From positions 1 to 32,000 of the forward strand of contig CP011211.1 in NCBI GenBank assembly GCA_001029695.1: 32,000 nucleotides of DNA, written 5' to 3'. Position numbers and translations under genes: made by a program. Below are positions 6,725 to 15,167 of this stretch, one piece after another (within the stretch, counting starts at the first letter, position 1; each line of letters opens with the position of its first letter). Origin of the DNA: Candidatus Saccharimonadota bacterium (GTDB lineage: Bacteria; Patescibacteriota; Saccharimonadia; Saccharimonadales; Saccharimonadaceae). The notes beneath the pieces are model-generated. The model did not search any database. It saw only the letters and a list, made by a program, of their open reading frames with translations, and was not told the DNA's origin.

Positions 6725-7812
6725 GAAACTGCTCCTCCTGCGTTGACTGGTACGGCAGTTACCCAAGTCTGTCCTCTATTTAGCGGGACATCTTTTCCGG
6801 CCGAATCGGTAAATGTTAACTGACTTGCACGATCTTTTTTGTGCCATGATATCTCAGTAGCTACACCGTCCTGGAAGATAACACCTTGACCACTTCCGGT
6901 TGTAACGATTTGCTCTCGGTAGCCATCTTCCATGACTTTTTGCATGGTCGTCTTCAAAACAACCACGCTCGTCGGAGTAATCTGCCCCGCTTCCCTGTCA
7001 AGGTGCGGCGCTCCGGCCTGCGACCTGGCGTAGGTATTTGATGCTTTGTCGTAGACATAACTACTATTGTAGAGGGGGCCGCTAATCGTGACATTGATAG
7101 TGTTTGCCGTCGGTTCTGCGCTTGGTTGAGGGTCTTTACGGCTAAAGCCGGTGAAGTTAGAGGTGTTGTAGCCTTTTGCTTGGTTGAGCGCATCTAGCTT
7201 TTGAAAATTCGTATAAACGTTGTGTGGAGCGTAGCGATCGTTTGCTCGCCAGTACGTGGCGGCATTAAAGAACTGATCAATGTCACGGTAATTGCCATTT
7301 CGTATTTCATCGAGAGCAAATTTGCTTCCACCGACATGAGCGACACTAGCGTTGAACGGTGCAAGCCAGTCGACGTAGTAAAGCCGAAGACTACGGACTG
7401 GACCTATGAGTCCTGGCTTGTCTTGTTGAAAGAGGGTAAGAAATCGTGTTATTCCACCTTCAGCGATTGCTTCAAAGACGATACTTGCGTCTTTTATACC
7501 TGACTGTGGACGTGCATCGGGACTGTTCTCGATCATAATTGCAGTCACGGGCTGGGTTGTTGCCGCAAGGTCAGCTACTTCTTTACCACTGAGAGGAGAG
7601 TAGAACTTCTGGGGAGGGTCAGCTTTTTTTACTACTGCAGGGCTAGGAGTGGGGTCACTTTTTTGTGGTTTTTTATACATAATGAAAAAGCCTACTAAAA
7701 GAGACGCAATGAGGACACCGGCGGCTGCAATCGCATAGGCTGCAGTGTGGTGATTGTGGACCCAGAGATGAATTTTTGCTAGAAGCTTTGGCTTTTTACG
7801 ATCGCTATTCAT
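6715..7812 (-). CDS. DUF3048-domain membrane-anchored/secreted protein
   Basis: Motifs PVTAIMIENSPDARPQSGI, IVFEAIAEGGITRFLTLF and VRSLRLYY are typical of DUF3048 (YerB-like). There is an N-terminal TM helix. I prefer the ATG at 7812 to the GTG at 7836 because TGtTATAAT lies 10 nt upstream of it. Confidence 0.75.
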   Translation of the reverse strand: MNSDRKKPKLLAKIHLWVHNHHTAAYAIAAAGVLIASLLVGFFIMYKKPQKSDPTPSPAVVKKADPPQKFYSPLSGKEVADLAATTQPVTAIMIENSPDARPQSGIKDASIVFEAIAEGGITRFLTLFQQDKPGLIGPVRSLRLYYVDWLAPFNASVAHVGGSKFALDEIRNGNYRDIDQFFNAATYWRANDRYAPHNVYTNFQKLDALNQAKGYNTSNFTGFSRKDPQPSAEPTANTINVTISGPLYNSSYVYDKASNTYARSQAGAPHLDREAGQITPTSVVVLKTTMQKVMEDGYREQIVTTGSGQGVIFQDGVATEISWHKKDRASQLTFTDSAGKDVPLNRGQTWVTAVPVNAGGAVSWK

Positions 7813-7822
7813 GCTTATGGTT

Positions 7823-7831
7823 ATTATAACA
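7823..7831 (-). promoter_or_regulatory. Extended -10 (TGtTATAAT) 10 nt upstream of the DUF3048 ATG
   Basis: The reverse complement of 7813..7831 is TGTTATAATAACCATAAGC, followed by ATG. No SD is present. Confidence 0.5.
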
Positions 7832-7874
7832 GACACGCTTCAGTAGCGGTGGTATTTTAACCTGGTGCGTGGCG

Positions 7875-9302
7875 CTACGCTGTCTCTATGGCAGCTGAGA
7901 TTCTTGTGACTGTCTCATCTTTTCCGAGGGTCGCTATTGTATCATGGAGTGCTGGGCTAAAAGGTGCCCACGAAACCGCAAGTCTAACAAGGCTAAATAA
8001 TATACCAGGTTTTTGACCTGTCGTTTCAAGAAGTTGGTTGAGGGTGTCTTGAACAGATGAGGCATCAAAGTCGCTTTGCTCTAGGGCTGTTAATGCTTGA
8101 GATAAAAGGTTTTTTCGTTCTTCTTGATCAAGTTTGCGTAGTTGCTTGTTGTCGTCGGCCATTGACCAGTTCGGCGTTGGTGTTTCGAAGAAGTAGCTAC
8201 TAGCGACAGAAAGATCAGCTAATGTCTTAAGGCGGTCTTGGACGAGACTAAGCACGGCTATTTTATGTTCTTTCGTTGACGTTGATGCGCTTTCTGGCCA
8301 AAAATCTACTACTCTTTCGTAAAGTGCGTCAAGACTTAGGAGGCGAATGTGTTGACCGTTGAGCCACAGTAGACGCTGTTCGTCAAAACGCGCTGGCGAT
8401 TTCTGGACACGGTCGAGGCTGAACTTTTCTATGAGCTCTGTCGTCGTGAAAACCTCCTGCTCAGTCCCGTCATTCCAGCCAAGTGTTGCCAAGAAGTTCA
8501 TCATCGCTTCAGGTAAGTACCCCTCTTTTCCGTAGTCGAGAATATCTTTCGCACCATCACGTTTGCCAAGCTTTTTTTTGCCGTCGATTGCCATGACGTA
8601 CGGAAGGGTTGCAAGTACTGGAGGGGTAATCTCAAGTGCGTCATAGAGATTTAAGAATTTTGGCGTGCTGCTGATAAACTCTTGACTACGAAGAACATGA
8701 GTGATTCCCATCAGCATGTCATCGATGATGTGACAGAAATTATAGGTTGGGTAGCCGTCTGATTTCATGAGGACAAAATCATCGATCGCTTCCGGCCCGG
8801 TCGAGAGCTCGCCCATAACTGCGTCTTGCCATTTATACGCTTTTGGATCTGACTTAAAGCGAAGCGACTGAGTGCCGTCCCATACAGGTGGCTGTTCAGG
8901 TCGATGATTGCGATACAGAAAAGGTTGCTTGCTTGCTTTTGCATTTTCGCGAAAAACCTCAAGCTCTTCTTTTGTGTATGGGTCAGCGTATGCGCGTCCT
9001 TGGTCGACGAGTTTTTGTGCCCATTGCCTATAGATATTGAGTCTCTCTGACTGAAGATACGGGCCATGTTCGCCACCGACATCAATACCCTCTTTCCAGT
9101 CGATACCAAGCCAGCGCAAGCTTTGTTCGATTTGTTGGATGCTTCCTTCTACTTCGCGTACTTTGTCTGTGTCTTCAATGCGAAGCAAGAATGTTCCGTT
9201 TGATTGCTGGGCGATGAGCCAGGCAAATAATGCCGTTCGCACGCCACCGACGTGCATAAAACCAGTAGGGCTAGGAGCGAAACGAGTGCGGATAGTAGTC
9301 AT
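7875..9302 (-). CDS. gltX: Glutamyl-tRNA synthetase
   Basis: The N-terminus RTRFAPSPTGFMHVGGVRTALF carries the HIGH-type motif. KLGKRDG is a KMSKS-type motif. Length (475 aa) and overall pattern are typical of GltX. Confidence 0.92.
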   Translation of the reverse strand: MTTIRTRFAPSPTGFMHVGGVRTALFAWLIAQQSNGTFLLRIEDTDKVREVEGSIQQIEQSLRWLGIDWKEGIDVGGEHGPYLQSERLNIYRQWAQKLVDQGRAYADPYTKEELEVFRENAKASKQPFLYRNHRPEQPPVWDGTQSLRFKSDPKAYKWQDAVMGELSTGPEAIDDFVLMKSDGYPTYNFCHIIDDMLMGITHVLRSQEFISSTPKFLNLYDALEITPPVLATLPYVMAIDGKKKLGKRDGAKDILDYGKEGYLPEAMMNFLATLGWNDGTEQEVFTTTELIEKFSLDRVQKSPARFDEQRLLWLNGQHIRLLSLDALYERVVDFWPESASTSTKEHKIAVLSLVQDRLKTLADLSVASSYFFETPTPNWSMADDNKQLRKLDQEERKNLLSQALTALEQSDFDASSVQDTLNQLLETTGQKPGILFSLVRLAVSWAPFSPALHDTIATLGKDETVTRISAAIETA

Positions 9303-9310
9303 ATACTCTG

Positions 9311-9319
9311 ATTATATCA
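9311..9319 (-). promoter_or_regulatory. Extended -10 (TGaTATAAT) 8 nt upstream of the gltX ATG
   Basis: The reverse complement of 9303..9319 is TGATATAATCAGAGTAT, followed by ATG. No SD is present. Confidence 0.55.
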
Positions 9320-9357
9320 GGTTACGACCTCTAGTAGAATATAGCTGTTCTCTGTGG

Positions 9358-10407
9358 CTAGATCAGACTTGTTGCGATACGACGAATTTGCTCACTTGAG
9401 AGTGGCGCGTCGCCTTCGATTGTATAAAGAATACCACCGTTGACCCACGCAGCGTTGCCATCGTAGGTATAGATAGTGAGACCTCGCTCTGTGTAAGGGA
9501 TGTAGTTGACGCCTGCTTTTGTTGAAACGTATTTGTCGAGTACTGCTGCTGAGTCCCAGTTGCTTTTTGTTTGCTTGATCGTGAAGTTTTGCGGACCGCT
9601 GTTTGCGGCAAATTTCATACTTACTTCACCCTTGTCGTAGGCGACAGTACCACTAAGGCTGTATCCGTCTGGACGGTAATTTGGGTATGAGGCATCAATA
9701 CCTGCTTGAGCTGCTGCGACGCGCACAGATAGGCTTGGCATATTAAGATATGTGAGATAACCGCCGAGGAGTACGAGTGCGATTGAGGCGGAGACGATAC
9801 TCATTGTGCGAGGGTGTTTTTTGAGGAAACGACTTTTGGCTGCTTTTGGCTGCTTACGGCTGTTTTCAATTGCTTTTTGGATCGCTTCACTTTTTACTGG
9901 CGTTGTCGTGACTTTGCGTGATGAGACAGGGACTGTATGCGATTGATGAGTACGAGATTGAGCCTTCACCTCACTAAGTGCGTGTGCTTTTGTGACGTAT
10001 GGATGTGGCGCTGGCGCATGGTCGGGCTCAGCTACGGGCATCTTAACAGCTACTGGGTGCGGAGCGAATTTTGTGATTTGGCTACTTTTTTGGATCGTCA
10101 TGCCATCGATTGCTCGTACACGACTCTTTGCAGGGATGCTTGGATGGGTTTTTGAAGTCACAGTAGGTGCAGGGCGTTTTGTTACTTTTCGATTGAGTGT
10201 TTGGGAGCGTTGAGTCTTCGTATGGATGTTCATCGAGGTAACCGTCTGAGAGGAGCGATGGGCGGCAGGAGCTTTGGCTGTCGGCTTTGGCCGAGTCTCT
10301 ACTTTTGGCTGTGGGGCTGCAGCGGCAGCTGTCATCTCGCTCACAACAAGACCAGTGCGCGTGTCATATTGACGACCATTCACAGTAATTGTTTGTTTTT
10401 CGCTCAT
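9358..10407 (-). CDS. Membrane protein with a long basic/Pro-rich cytoplasmic N-terminus, one TM helix and a DUF4367-like extracytoplasmic domain
   Basis: TM helix MSIVSASIALVLLGGYLTYL. The C-terminal pattern P.GY.L...V.M.F....Q.F.I.Q......LTIYTY.GNAAW..GGILYTIEGD..LSSEQIRRIATSL resembles DUF4367, a domain seen in anti-sigma-like proteins. Confidence 0.5.
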   Translation of the reverse strand: MSEKQTITVNGRQYDTRTGLVVSEMTAAAAAPQPKVETRPKPTAKAPAAHRSSQTVTSMNIHTKTQRSQTLNRKVTKRPAPTVTSKTHPSIPAKSRVRAIDGMTIQKSSQITKFAPHPVAVKMPVAEPDHAPAPHPYVTKAHALSEVKAQSRTHQSHTVPVSSRKVTTTPVKSEAIQKAIENSRKQPKAAKSRFLKKHPRTMSIVSASIALVLLGGYLTYLNMPSLSVRVAAAQAGIDASYPNYRPDGYSLSGTVAYDKGEVSMKFAANSGPQNFTIKQTKSNWDSAAVLDKYVSTKAGVNYIPYTERGLTIYTYDGNAAWVNGGILYTIEGDAPLSSEQIRRIATSLI

Positions 10408-10518
10408 CCCTATGATTCCCCTTATTTCTACCCAATGTGCTTATGTTTTCGCACTTGTTACTATTTATCTTAGGTGGGATACGGTGTTTTTGCAAGCATT
10501 ATTTAATACGAAATACGT

Positions 10519-10524
10519 TATAAT
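10519..10524 (+). promoter_or_regulatory. TATAAT 7 nt upstream of the ATG at 10532
   Basis: Sequence cgtTATAATgactagtATG. No SD is present. The -35 is weak. Confidence 0.4.
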
Positions 10525-10531
10525 GACTAGT

Positions 10532-11989
10532 ATGCAACACCACTCATCTCAAAAGCGCCAACTTATCGTGCGATTCCTTGTTTACGGCCTCATGACAACG
10601 TCTGTTGTCGTTATTGTTTCTATATTAATGCTAGTTATTTTGGGCTACTCGTTTAATCGTACGGATGGTCGTATCGAGCAAGGAGGGCTTTTGCAGTTCG
10701 CTACTACCCCATCGGGTGCTCGCGTAACGCTTGATGAAGCTGCTCTTCCAACGCGTACGCCTACGAAATCGAGCGTGTCTGCTTCGAGTCACGCGGTAAA
10801 GATGGAGCTGGCAGACTATCGAGCATGGCACAAAACGGCGAATGTCCGAGCTGGCAGTATCGTATGGCTCAGCTATGCACGACTTATTCCAAATGAAGTC
10901 AAAACTGAGTCGCTTCGGGATTTTCCTACATTGACAGGCGCACTCGCCTCTTCTGATCGCAGGTGGATGCTTTTGCAGACCGAAGCTGGGTCCTCTTCAA
11001 TGCTTCTTGCAAACCTGCAAAACAAAGCTGTAGAGTATACGACGCTTACATTGCCAAACGACATCTTGACTGCTGCGGCGAGTGAGGCGCCAAGTACTAT
11101 TTCGCTCGAGACATGGAGTGGTGATAATCGATTTGCGCTGCTTAAGCGCACGTATGACACGTCAAAAGTTGAATGGCTGATTCTTGATCGTGCTGACCCT
11201 ACGAAGTCGGTCAATGTGACGACAAGTTTTGGTGTCGATGCATCCAAAGTGATATTTGGTGATAATAATGGTCGGACATTGTTTATTCGAACTGATGACA
11301 TTGTGCGTAAGGTTAATCTTGACGATCAAACGCTCTCACGTCCACTTGTGACTAATGTTGATGACTTCTCTGTCTTTAAGGATGAGACAGTTGTCTATTC
11401 GACGAAGCTTGATGCTACTGAGAAGCGTCATGTCGGGTATGTTCGTGAAGACATGAAAGCGCCGCAGACGATTGAAACGTATGATAACGATGGCTTGCAG
11501 CTACGGATGGCATTTGGAGAGTACTACGGCGTGCGATATGTTGCTATTGTTCACGGCACATCCCTTGATATCCTAAAAGGCACTCTCCCTCACGATGCCG
11601 ACAAGGGTGAATTGACGGTCGTATCTAAGCAGACTGTCCCTGGTGATGTACAGAAGCTTGGAATTACGCGCAGCGGAAGGTTCGTTGTGGCTCAGTCGCC
11701 TGATAGTCATCTTGTTTATGATATTGAGCTACGACGCGCAGATGAGACTAAGTTTACTAAGCCTACTACAGCAGCTCGAGAACTGCACTGGCTTGATGAT
11801 TACGTCCTCTGGAGCGATCGCGGTGATATGCTACGTTTTCTAGAGTTTGACGGAGCGAATCAACAAGATATTATGCCCGTAGCGGAGGGGTTTTCGGTAA
11901 CACTCAGCTCAGATAATAAATACGTCTATGGAATTGTCCGAACAGATAAGGGATTTGCGCTTTCACGGGGTACACTGATACTGAACTAG
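10532..11989 (+). CDS. PEGA-domain membrane protein with a large beta-rich extracytoplasmic region
   Basis: TM helix FLVYGLMTTSVVVIVSILMLVILG, followed by the PEGA-like segment TTPSGARVTLDEAALPTRTPTK...HAVKMELADYRAWH. The start is uncertain: 10523 or 10532 are possible, and the track start at 10412 is unlikely. Confidence 0.6.
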   Translation: MQHHSSQKRQLIVRFLVYGLMTTSVVVIVSILMLVILGYSFNRTDGRIEQGGLLQFATTPSGARVTLDEAALPTRTPTKSSVSASSHAVKMELADYRAWHKTANVRAGSIVWLSYARLIPNEVKTESLRDFPTLTGALASSDRRWMLLQTEAGSSSMLLANLQNKAVEYTTLTLPNDILTAAASEAPSTISLETWSGDNRFALLKRTYDTSKVEWLILDRADPTKSVNVTTSFGVDASKVIFGDNNGRTLFIRTDDIVRKVNLDDQTLSRPLVTNVDDFSVFKDETVVYSTKLDATEKRHVGYVREDMKAPQTIETYDNDGLQLRMAFGEYYGVRYVAIVHGTSLDILKGTLPHDADKGELTVVSKQTVPGDVQKLGITRSGRFVVAQSPDSHLVYDIELRRADETKFTKPTTAARELHWLDDYVLWSDRGDMLRFLEFDGANQQDIMPVAEGFSVTLSSDNKYVYGIVRTDKGFALSRGTLILN

Positions 11990-12163
11990 CGCAACTCTAG
12001 TAATTATCGACCAAACACTCTGAGCGAGCTATTGATCAGAAGAAGCTGTAGATGTCCATCAAGCTCGCGGGTGGCTTTATGGCTGCCCGGTCAATTACGA
12101 GGCGTATATTATGTAATAGTTGGTTACCCTACTCTTGCGGGGTTTTGTGCTGGATCTTGTTGA

Positions 12164-13351
12164 CTAGCGTGAGCCGAATATTCGCTCGACAAACGTTGGT
12201 GAGTTGCCTGGCATCCCACCGCCCGCATCTGGCGATTGAGAGCTGGTTGGGGCTGCTGCTGCGTTAGGATCGGGTGAAACTTGCTCTGCACTAATAAGCA
12301 GTCGCTTCTCTGCCGTTCCTATTGGAGTACAGGTGACGAGTACGAGCATTGGCTTAGTTGTCTCTTTGATAACCGACTGCCATCCTGTTGGCGTGACGAC
12401 GTCTTTTCCTGTGACGGTATAGGTGTATCGTTTACCTTCGTAGTTGGCATAGATAGTGTCGCCCTTGTCGAGTTTATCGAGTTGTACAAACACAAACTTA
12501 AACTTACCTTTATCAAACATGTCATTACTTGAGTGGCCTGCTAGTACTGTGTTGCCTGTTTGTCCTGGCATACTGCTCGCAAAGGATGCTCCTGGCCAAT
12601 GAGCAACGCCAGCCTCCATAGCTTTCATCTGCTCGTTATTGTCAGTGGTGACACCATACACGACCGGTACATCGACATTGATCTTTGGGATAATGAGCTT
12701 TGGTTCTGGTCCTACCTTGGCGTCGGCTGTTGGGTCGACGACGATATTTTGTGGGTTAATGCTGCCAGGAGTCACGTACGCTTTAACATTGGAGATCAAT
12801 ACTCGGTTGTACTGCAGGAATGCAAATACTATCACAACACATATCGCTGCTGCAATCGGTAGGAAGTGGCGACTTTTACGTGCTTTTTTCGCAGACTCTT
12901 CAACGTTCGTGATGAGTTTTTGCTTAAGATCAAGAAGTGCTTCTTGTTTCTCTTTCGATGGAGTGTCTGTGACTGCATCACTAATCTGCTGAGAGGTGTG
13001 AGCGGTTGCTTTAATTGCCTGAGTTCCAAGTGGTTGGTCTTTTATGGCTTTATGAACGTGCTCAGTGTAGTAGCGTTCGTAGTATTTTTGATAATAGTTT
13101 TGCCAAGCCGTGTGATACTGCTGCCATTGCTCTCCAGGCTGCTGTGTATTATCGCTGTTCTGCGCTGGTTGGCTCGTCGACGGAGATGCCGCCTGGGGTG
13201 TGGTTGTCGCTTGGCTCTCTGATGCTGAATCTTGACCGCTATAGAGAGCATCAAGCTGTCCGCGCACGACATTTATTGCTGCATCACGTTCAGGTACCTG
13301 CAAGTCTCGCTGCGGTAATTGAGGGGTTTGGAATGTATCATTTGGGCGCAT
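12164..13351 (-). CDS. Sortase-family transpeptidase with a long low-complexity N-terminal extension
   Basis: The catalytic His lies in TVLAGHSS and the catalytic Cys in LVLVTCTP. The TM helix is FLPIAAAICVVIVFAFL. I prefer the ATG at 13351 because AGGAA lies upstream and TATAAT sits at 13376-13381 (reverse complement). The track start at 13384 is TTG. Confidence 0.8.
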   Translation of the reverse strand: MRPNDTFQTPQLPQRDLQVPERDAAINVVRGQLDALYSGQDSASESQATTTPQAASPSTSQPAQNSDNTQQPGEQWQQYHTAWQNYYQKYYERYYTEHVHKAIKDQPLGTQAIKATAHTSQQISDAVTDTPSKEKQEALLDLKQKLITNVEESAKKARKSRHFLPIAAAICVVIVFAFLQYNRVLISNVKAYVTPGSINPQNIVVDPTADAKVGPEPKLIIPKINVDVPVVYGVTTDNNEQMKAMEAGVAHWPGASFASSMPGQTGNTVLAGHSSNDMFDKGKFKFVFVQLDKLDKGDTIYANYEGKRYTYTVTGKDVVTPTGWQSVIKETTKPMLVLVTCTPIGTAEKRLLISAEQVSPDPNAAAAPTSSQSPDAGGGMPGNSPTFVERIFGSR

Positions 13352-13429
13352 ATCTATAGATTCCTGTTCCTTTTTATTATACAATACATAGCGAACCTTT
13401 AATAGATGAGAACTTTTTTAACAACTTGT

Positions 13430-13516
13430 GCCGCGGTGGTGGAATTGGTAGACACGCTAGACTCAAAATCTTGTGAGCATTAGCTCGTACCGGTTCAAGT
13501 CCGGTCCGCGGTACCA
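13430..13516 (+). tRNA. tRNA-Leu (anticodon CAA), type II with a long variable arm, CCA encoded
   Basis: Sequence GCCGCGGTGGTGGAATTGGTAGACACGCTAGACTCAAAATCTTGTGAGCATTAGCTCGTACCGGTTCAAGTCCGGTCCGCGGTACCA. The T-arm is ACCGG/CCGGT, the variable-arm stem is GAGC/GCTC, and the anticodon loop is CTCAAAA. Confidence 0.85.
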
Positions 13517-13528
13517 GTTGCTAAAAAA

Positions 13529-14317
13529 TTATGAAATAAGATGACCTTTTGTTAGTATGAAGTGCAGACGTTCCTGGGACTTTTTCACGATTTCTTCATC
13601 AAAATCAGAACCATCCACCTCTGACACTAAGGCGTCGATGAGTGGCTGTACTTGCTCGCTATTGCCGGCAATCTCCTCAACTGAAACCACGGTGATCGTC
13701 GGGTCGTAACGGTACTTCTGAGCTCCGTGGTTACTTGTTTTTACTTGAAGCTTCAGAGTATCGCCCGAATCGCGGTAGATTAGTCGACAATCATACCCTT
13801 GACGGCTATGCTGTCGAATAGGTTGAATGTCTTCTTTGATTGTTGAGGGTATGACGGTGTACTCATCGCTCTCTTCTCCGGTCATATCTCGAGCAAGGAG
13901 GCTAAATACAAGTACTTCACTACGCATGCCACGACATTGCGCTTTGTCGTGAGACGAAAGTGATTGATGGTAGTGATAGTTAAGTGTATCGAGTAGTTCC
14001 ACGGATTCTCCGTAGATAGCTTCAATATCTCGTGAGGTCTCAATGGGCGTCGGTAGTGATGATTTATCAAGGTAGAGTCGCCTGCGAAGGGGCTCTCTAA
14101 ATTGTCGCATGGCTTTTTTCGATTCGTCGATGACAGTGTCTATGTCGATAGTTTGTGCTATCTCATGGGCTGGGAGGGTATGACGTATGATGTATGAACG
14201 GAGTTTATGGCGACGTATCTCACCTTGATTATTGACGAAACGATGGTCATCAAGAAAAATCCGTTCATCGGAATCCGGCGTAAAAGACAGTGCTGAAGAT
14301 GACTCTTTGAGGTTCAT
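13529..14317 (-). CDS. Hypothetical protein with a possible PD-(D/E)xK (DUF4365-like) nuclease core, 262 aa
   Basis: The ordered elements RSEVLVFSLLAR (helix with Glu), GYDCRLIY (Asp strand) and LKLQVKTS (QxK strand) match the restriction-endonuclease-like fold pattern. This is motif-level evidence only. Confidence 0.35.
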   Translation of the reverse strand: MNLKESSSALSFTPDSDERIFLDDHRFVNNQGEIRRHKLRSYIIRHTLPAHEIAQTIDIDTVIDESKKAMRQFREPLRRRLYLDKSSLPTPIETSRDIEAIYGESVELLDTLNYHYHQSLSSHDKAQCRGMRSEVLVFSLLARDMTGEESDEYTVIPSTIKEDIQPIRQHSRQGYDCRLIYRDSGDTLKLQVKTSNHGAQKYRYDPTITVVSVEEIAGNSEQVQPLIDALVSEVDGSDFDEEIVKKSQERLHFILTKGHLIS

Positions 14318-14356
14318 AATAACTATATAGTACCACTTTTATAGAATAAAAGCAAT

Positions 14357-15148
14357 TTATACGGCGAGGCTTGCGGTAACAGCTTCGAGAGGTTTTGTTT
14401 GGCTCCACAGTAAATAAGTTGCCGCTTGAGTTGCAACACTTCCCTTCCAGACTGCCATTGGGTTTTCCCATGGTGTTGTTGTGACTATGCCATTATGTGC
14501 AACGATGAGGTTGTTTTGATGAAATACCATAAGTGTAGCGGGATACGTGATTGTAAACTTATGTAGTGCTTCGACAACTTGTGCGAGCTGCATACTAAAT
14601 GTCAGCATCTTTGGATAGTAGACTGACTGGAAGAGTTTCTGAAGTTGTGCGAACGACATAACGAGGAGTGTATTTGGTCGTTCGGCTATGAGCTCAGGGT
14701 TGCTCCGAAGTAGATCAATTGCATCCCTGGTAATTGTTAATTGGCCACTATACTCTCGGACAAAATCTTCGTAGACGATAGCCGTCTCACTGTTACGCCC
14801 CGCATCTCCAATCAGAAGCACGCCGGTTGACCACTCTGCGACTGCTTTCATGTCACCTAGCGCGTCTCTGCCGAGACTTCCCGAGGGTGTTGTTGCTCCA
14901 AAGACAACCTCGGTGATGCTAGACGGTACAGTCTTTTTTAGTACATCAGGGAGCAGTACGCGCACCTCACCCGCCCCCGCGCTTAGACTAAGCATATAAG
15001 CATCCCCAGCTCCAACGAAGCCGAGCTTGTTACCTCCGATGATGCCAAGACGGCCTGCTTGGGCGCGCTGCTCGGGCTTATTCCATTCAATATCAGGAAA
15101 CAGTGGCGTCTCGGGGGTTTGTTTGCGCCAATAAGGGTGAAGATCCAT
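14357..15148 (-). CDS. YjeF C-terminal / carbohydrate-kinase-like (NAD(P)HX dehydratase family-like) protein
   Basis: The ATG at 15148 is preferred; the GTG at 15271 would overlap the upstream gene by about 100 nt. Supporting patterns are GRLGIIGGNKLGFVGAGDAYMLSLSAGAGEVRVLLP and VLLIGDAGRN. The C-terminal GxGD nucleotide motif is not evident. Confidence 0.45.
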   Translation of the reverse strand: MDLHPYWRKQTPETPLFPDIEWNKPEQRAQAGRLGIIGGNKLGFVGAGDAYMLSLSAGAGEVRVLLPDVLKKTVPSSITEVVFGATTPSGSLGRDALGDMKAVAEWSTGVLLIGDAGRNSETAIVYEDFVREYSGQLTITRDAIDLLRSNPELIAERPNTLLVMSFAQLQKLFQSVYYPKMLTFSMQLAQVVEALHKFTITYPATLMVFHQNNLIVAHNGIVTTTPWENPMAVWKGSVATQAATYLLWSQTKPLEAVTASLAV

Positions 15149-15167
15149 AGTCTCTAGTATAGCAAAG

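Noticed and set aside
9303-9357. T-box or other leader upstream of gltX; tmRNA near smpB (17696..17746, 18227..18361)
   Set aside because: The intergenic regions are far too short. No tRNA-like GGTTCGA..CCA end or T-box specifier/antiterminator sequence is visible.
12024-12068. Imperfect hairpin (GCGAGCT..TGAT / ATCA..AGCTCGC) in the 174-bp convergent gap; possible sRNA or terminator
   Set aside because: The stem is 7+4 bp with a 2-nt bulge and a 21-nt loop, with no flanking U-tract. That is too weak to call.
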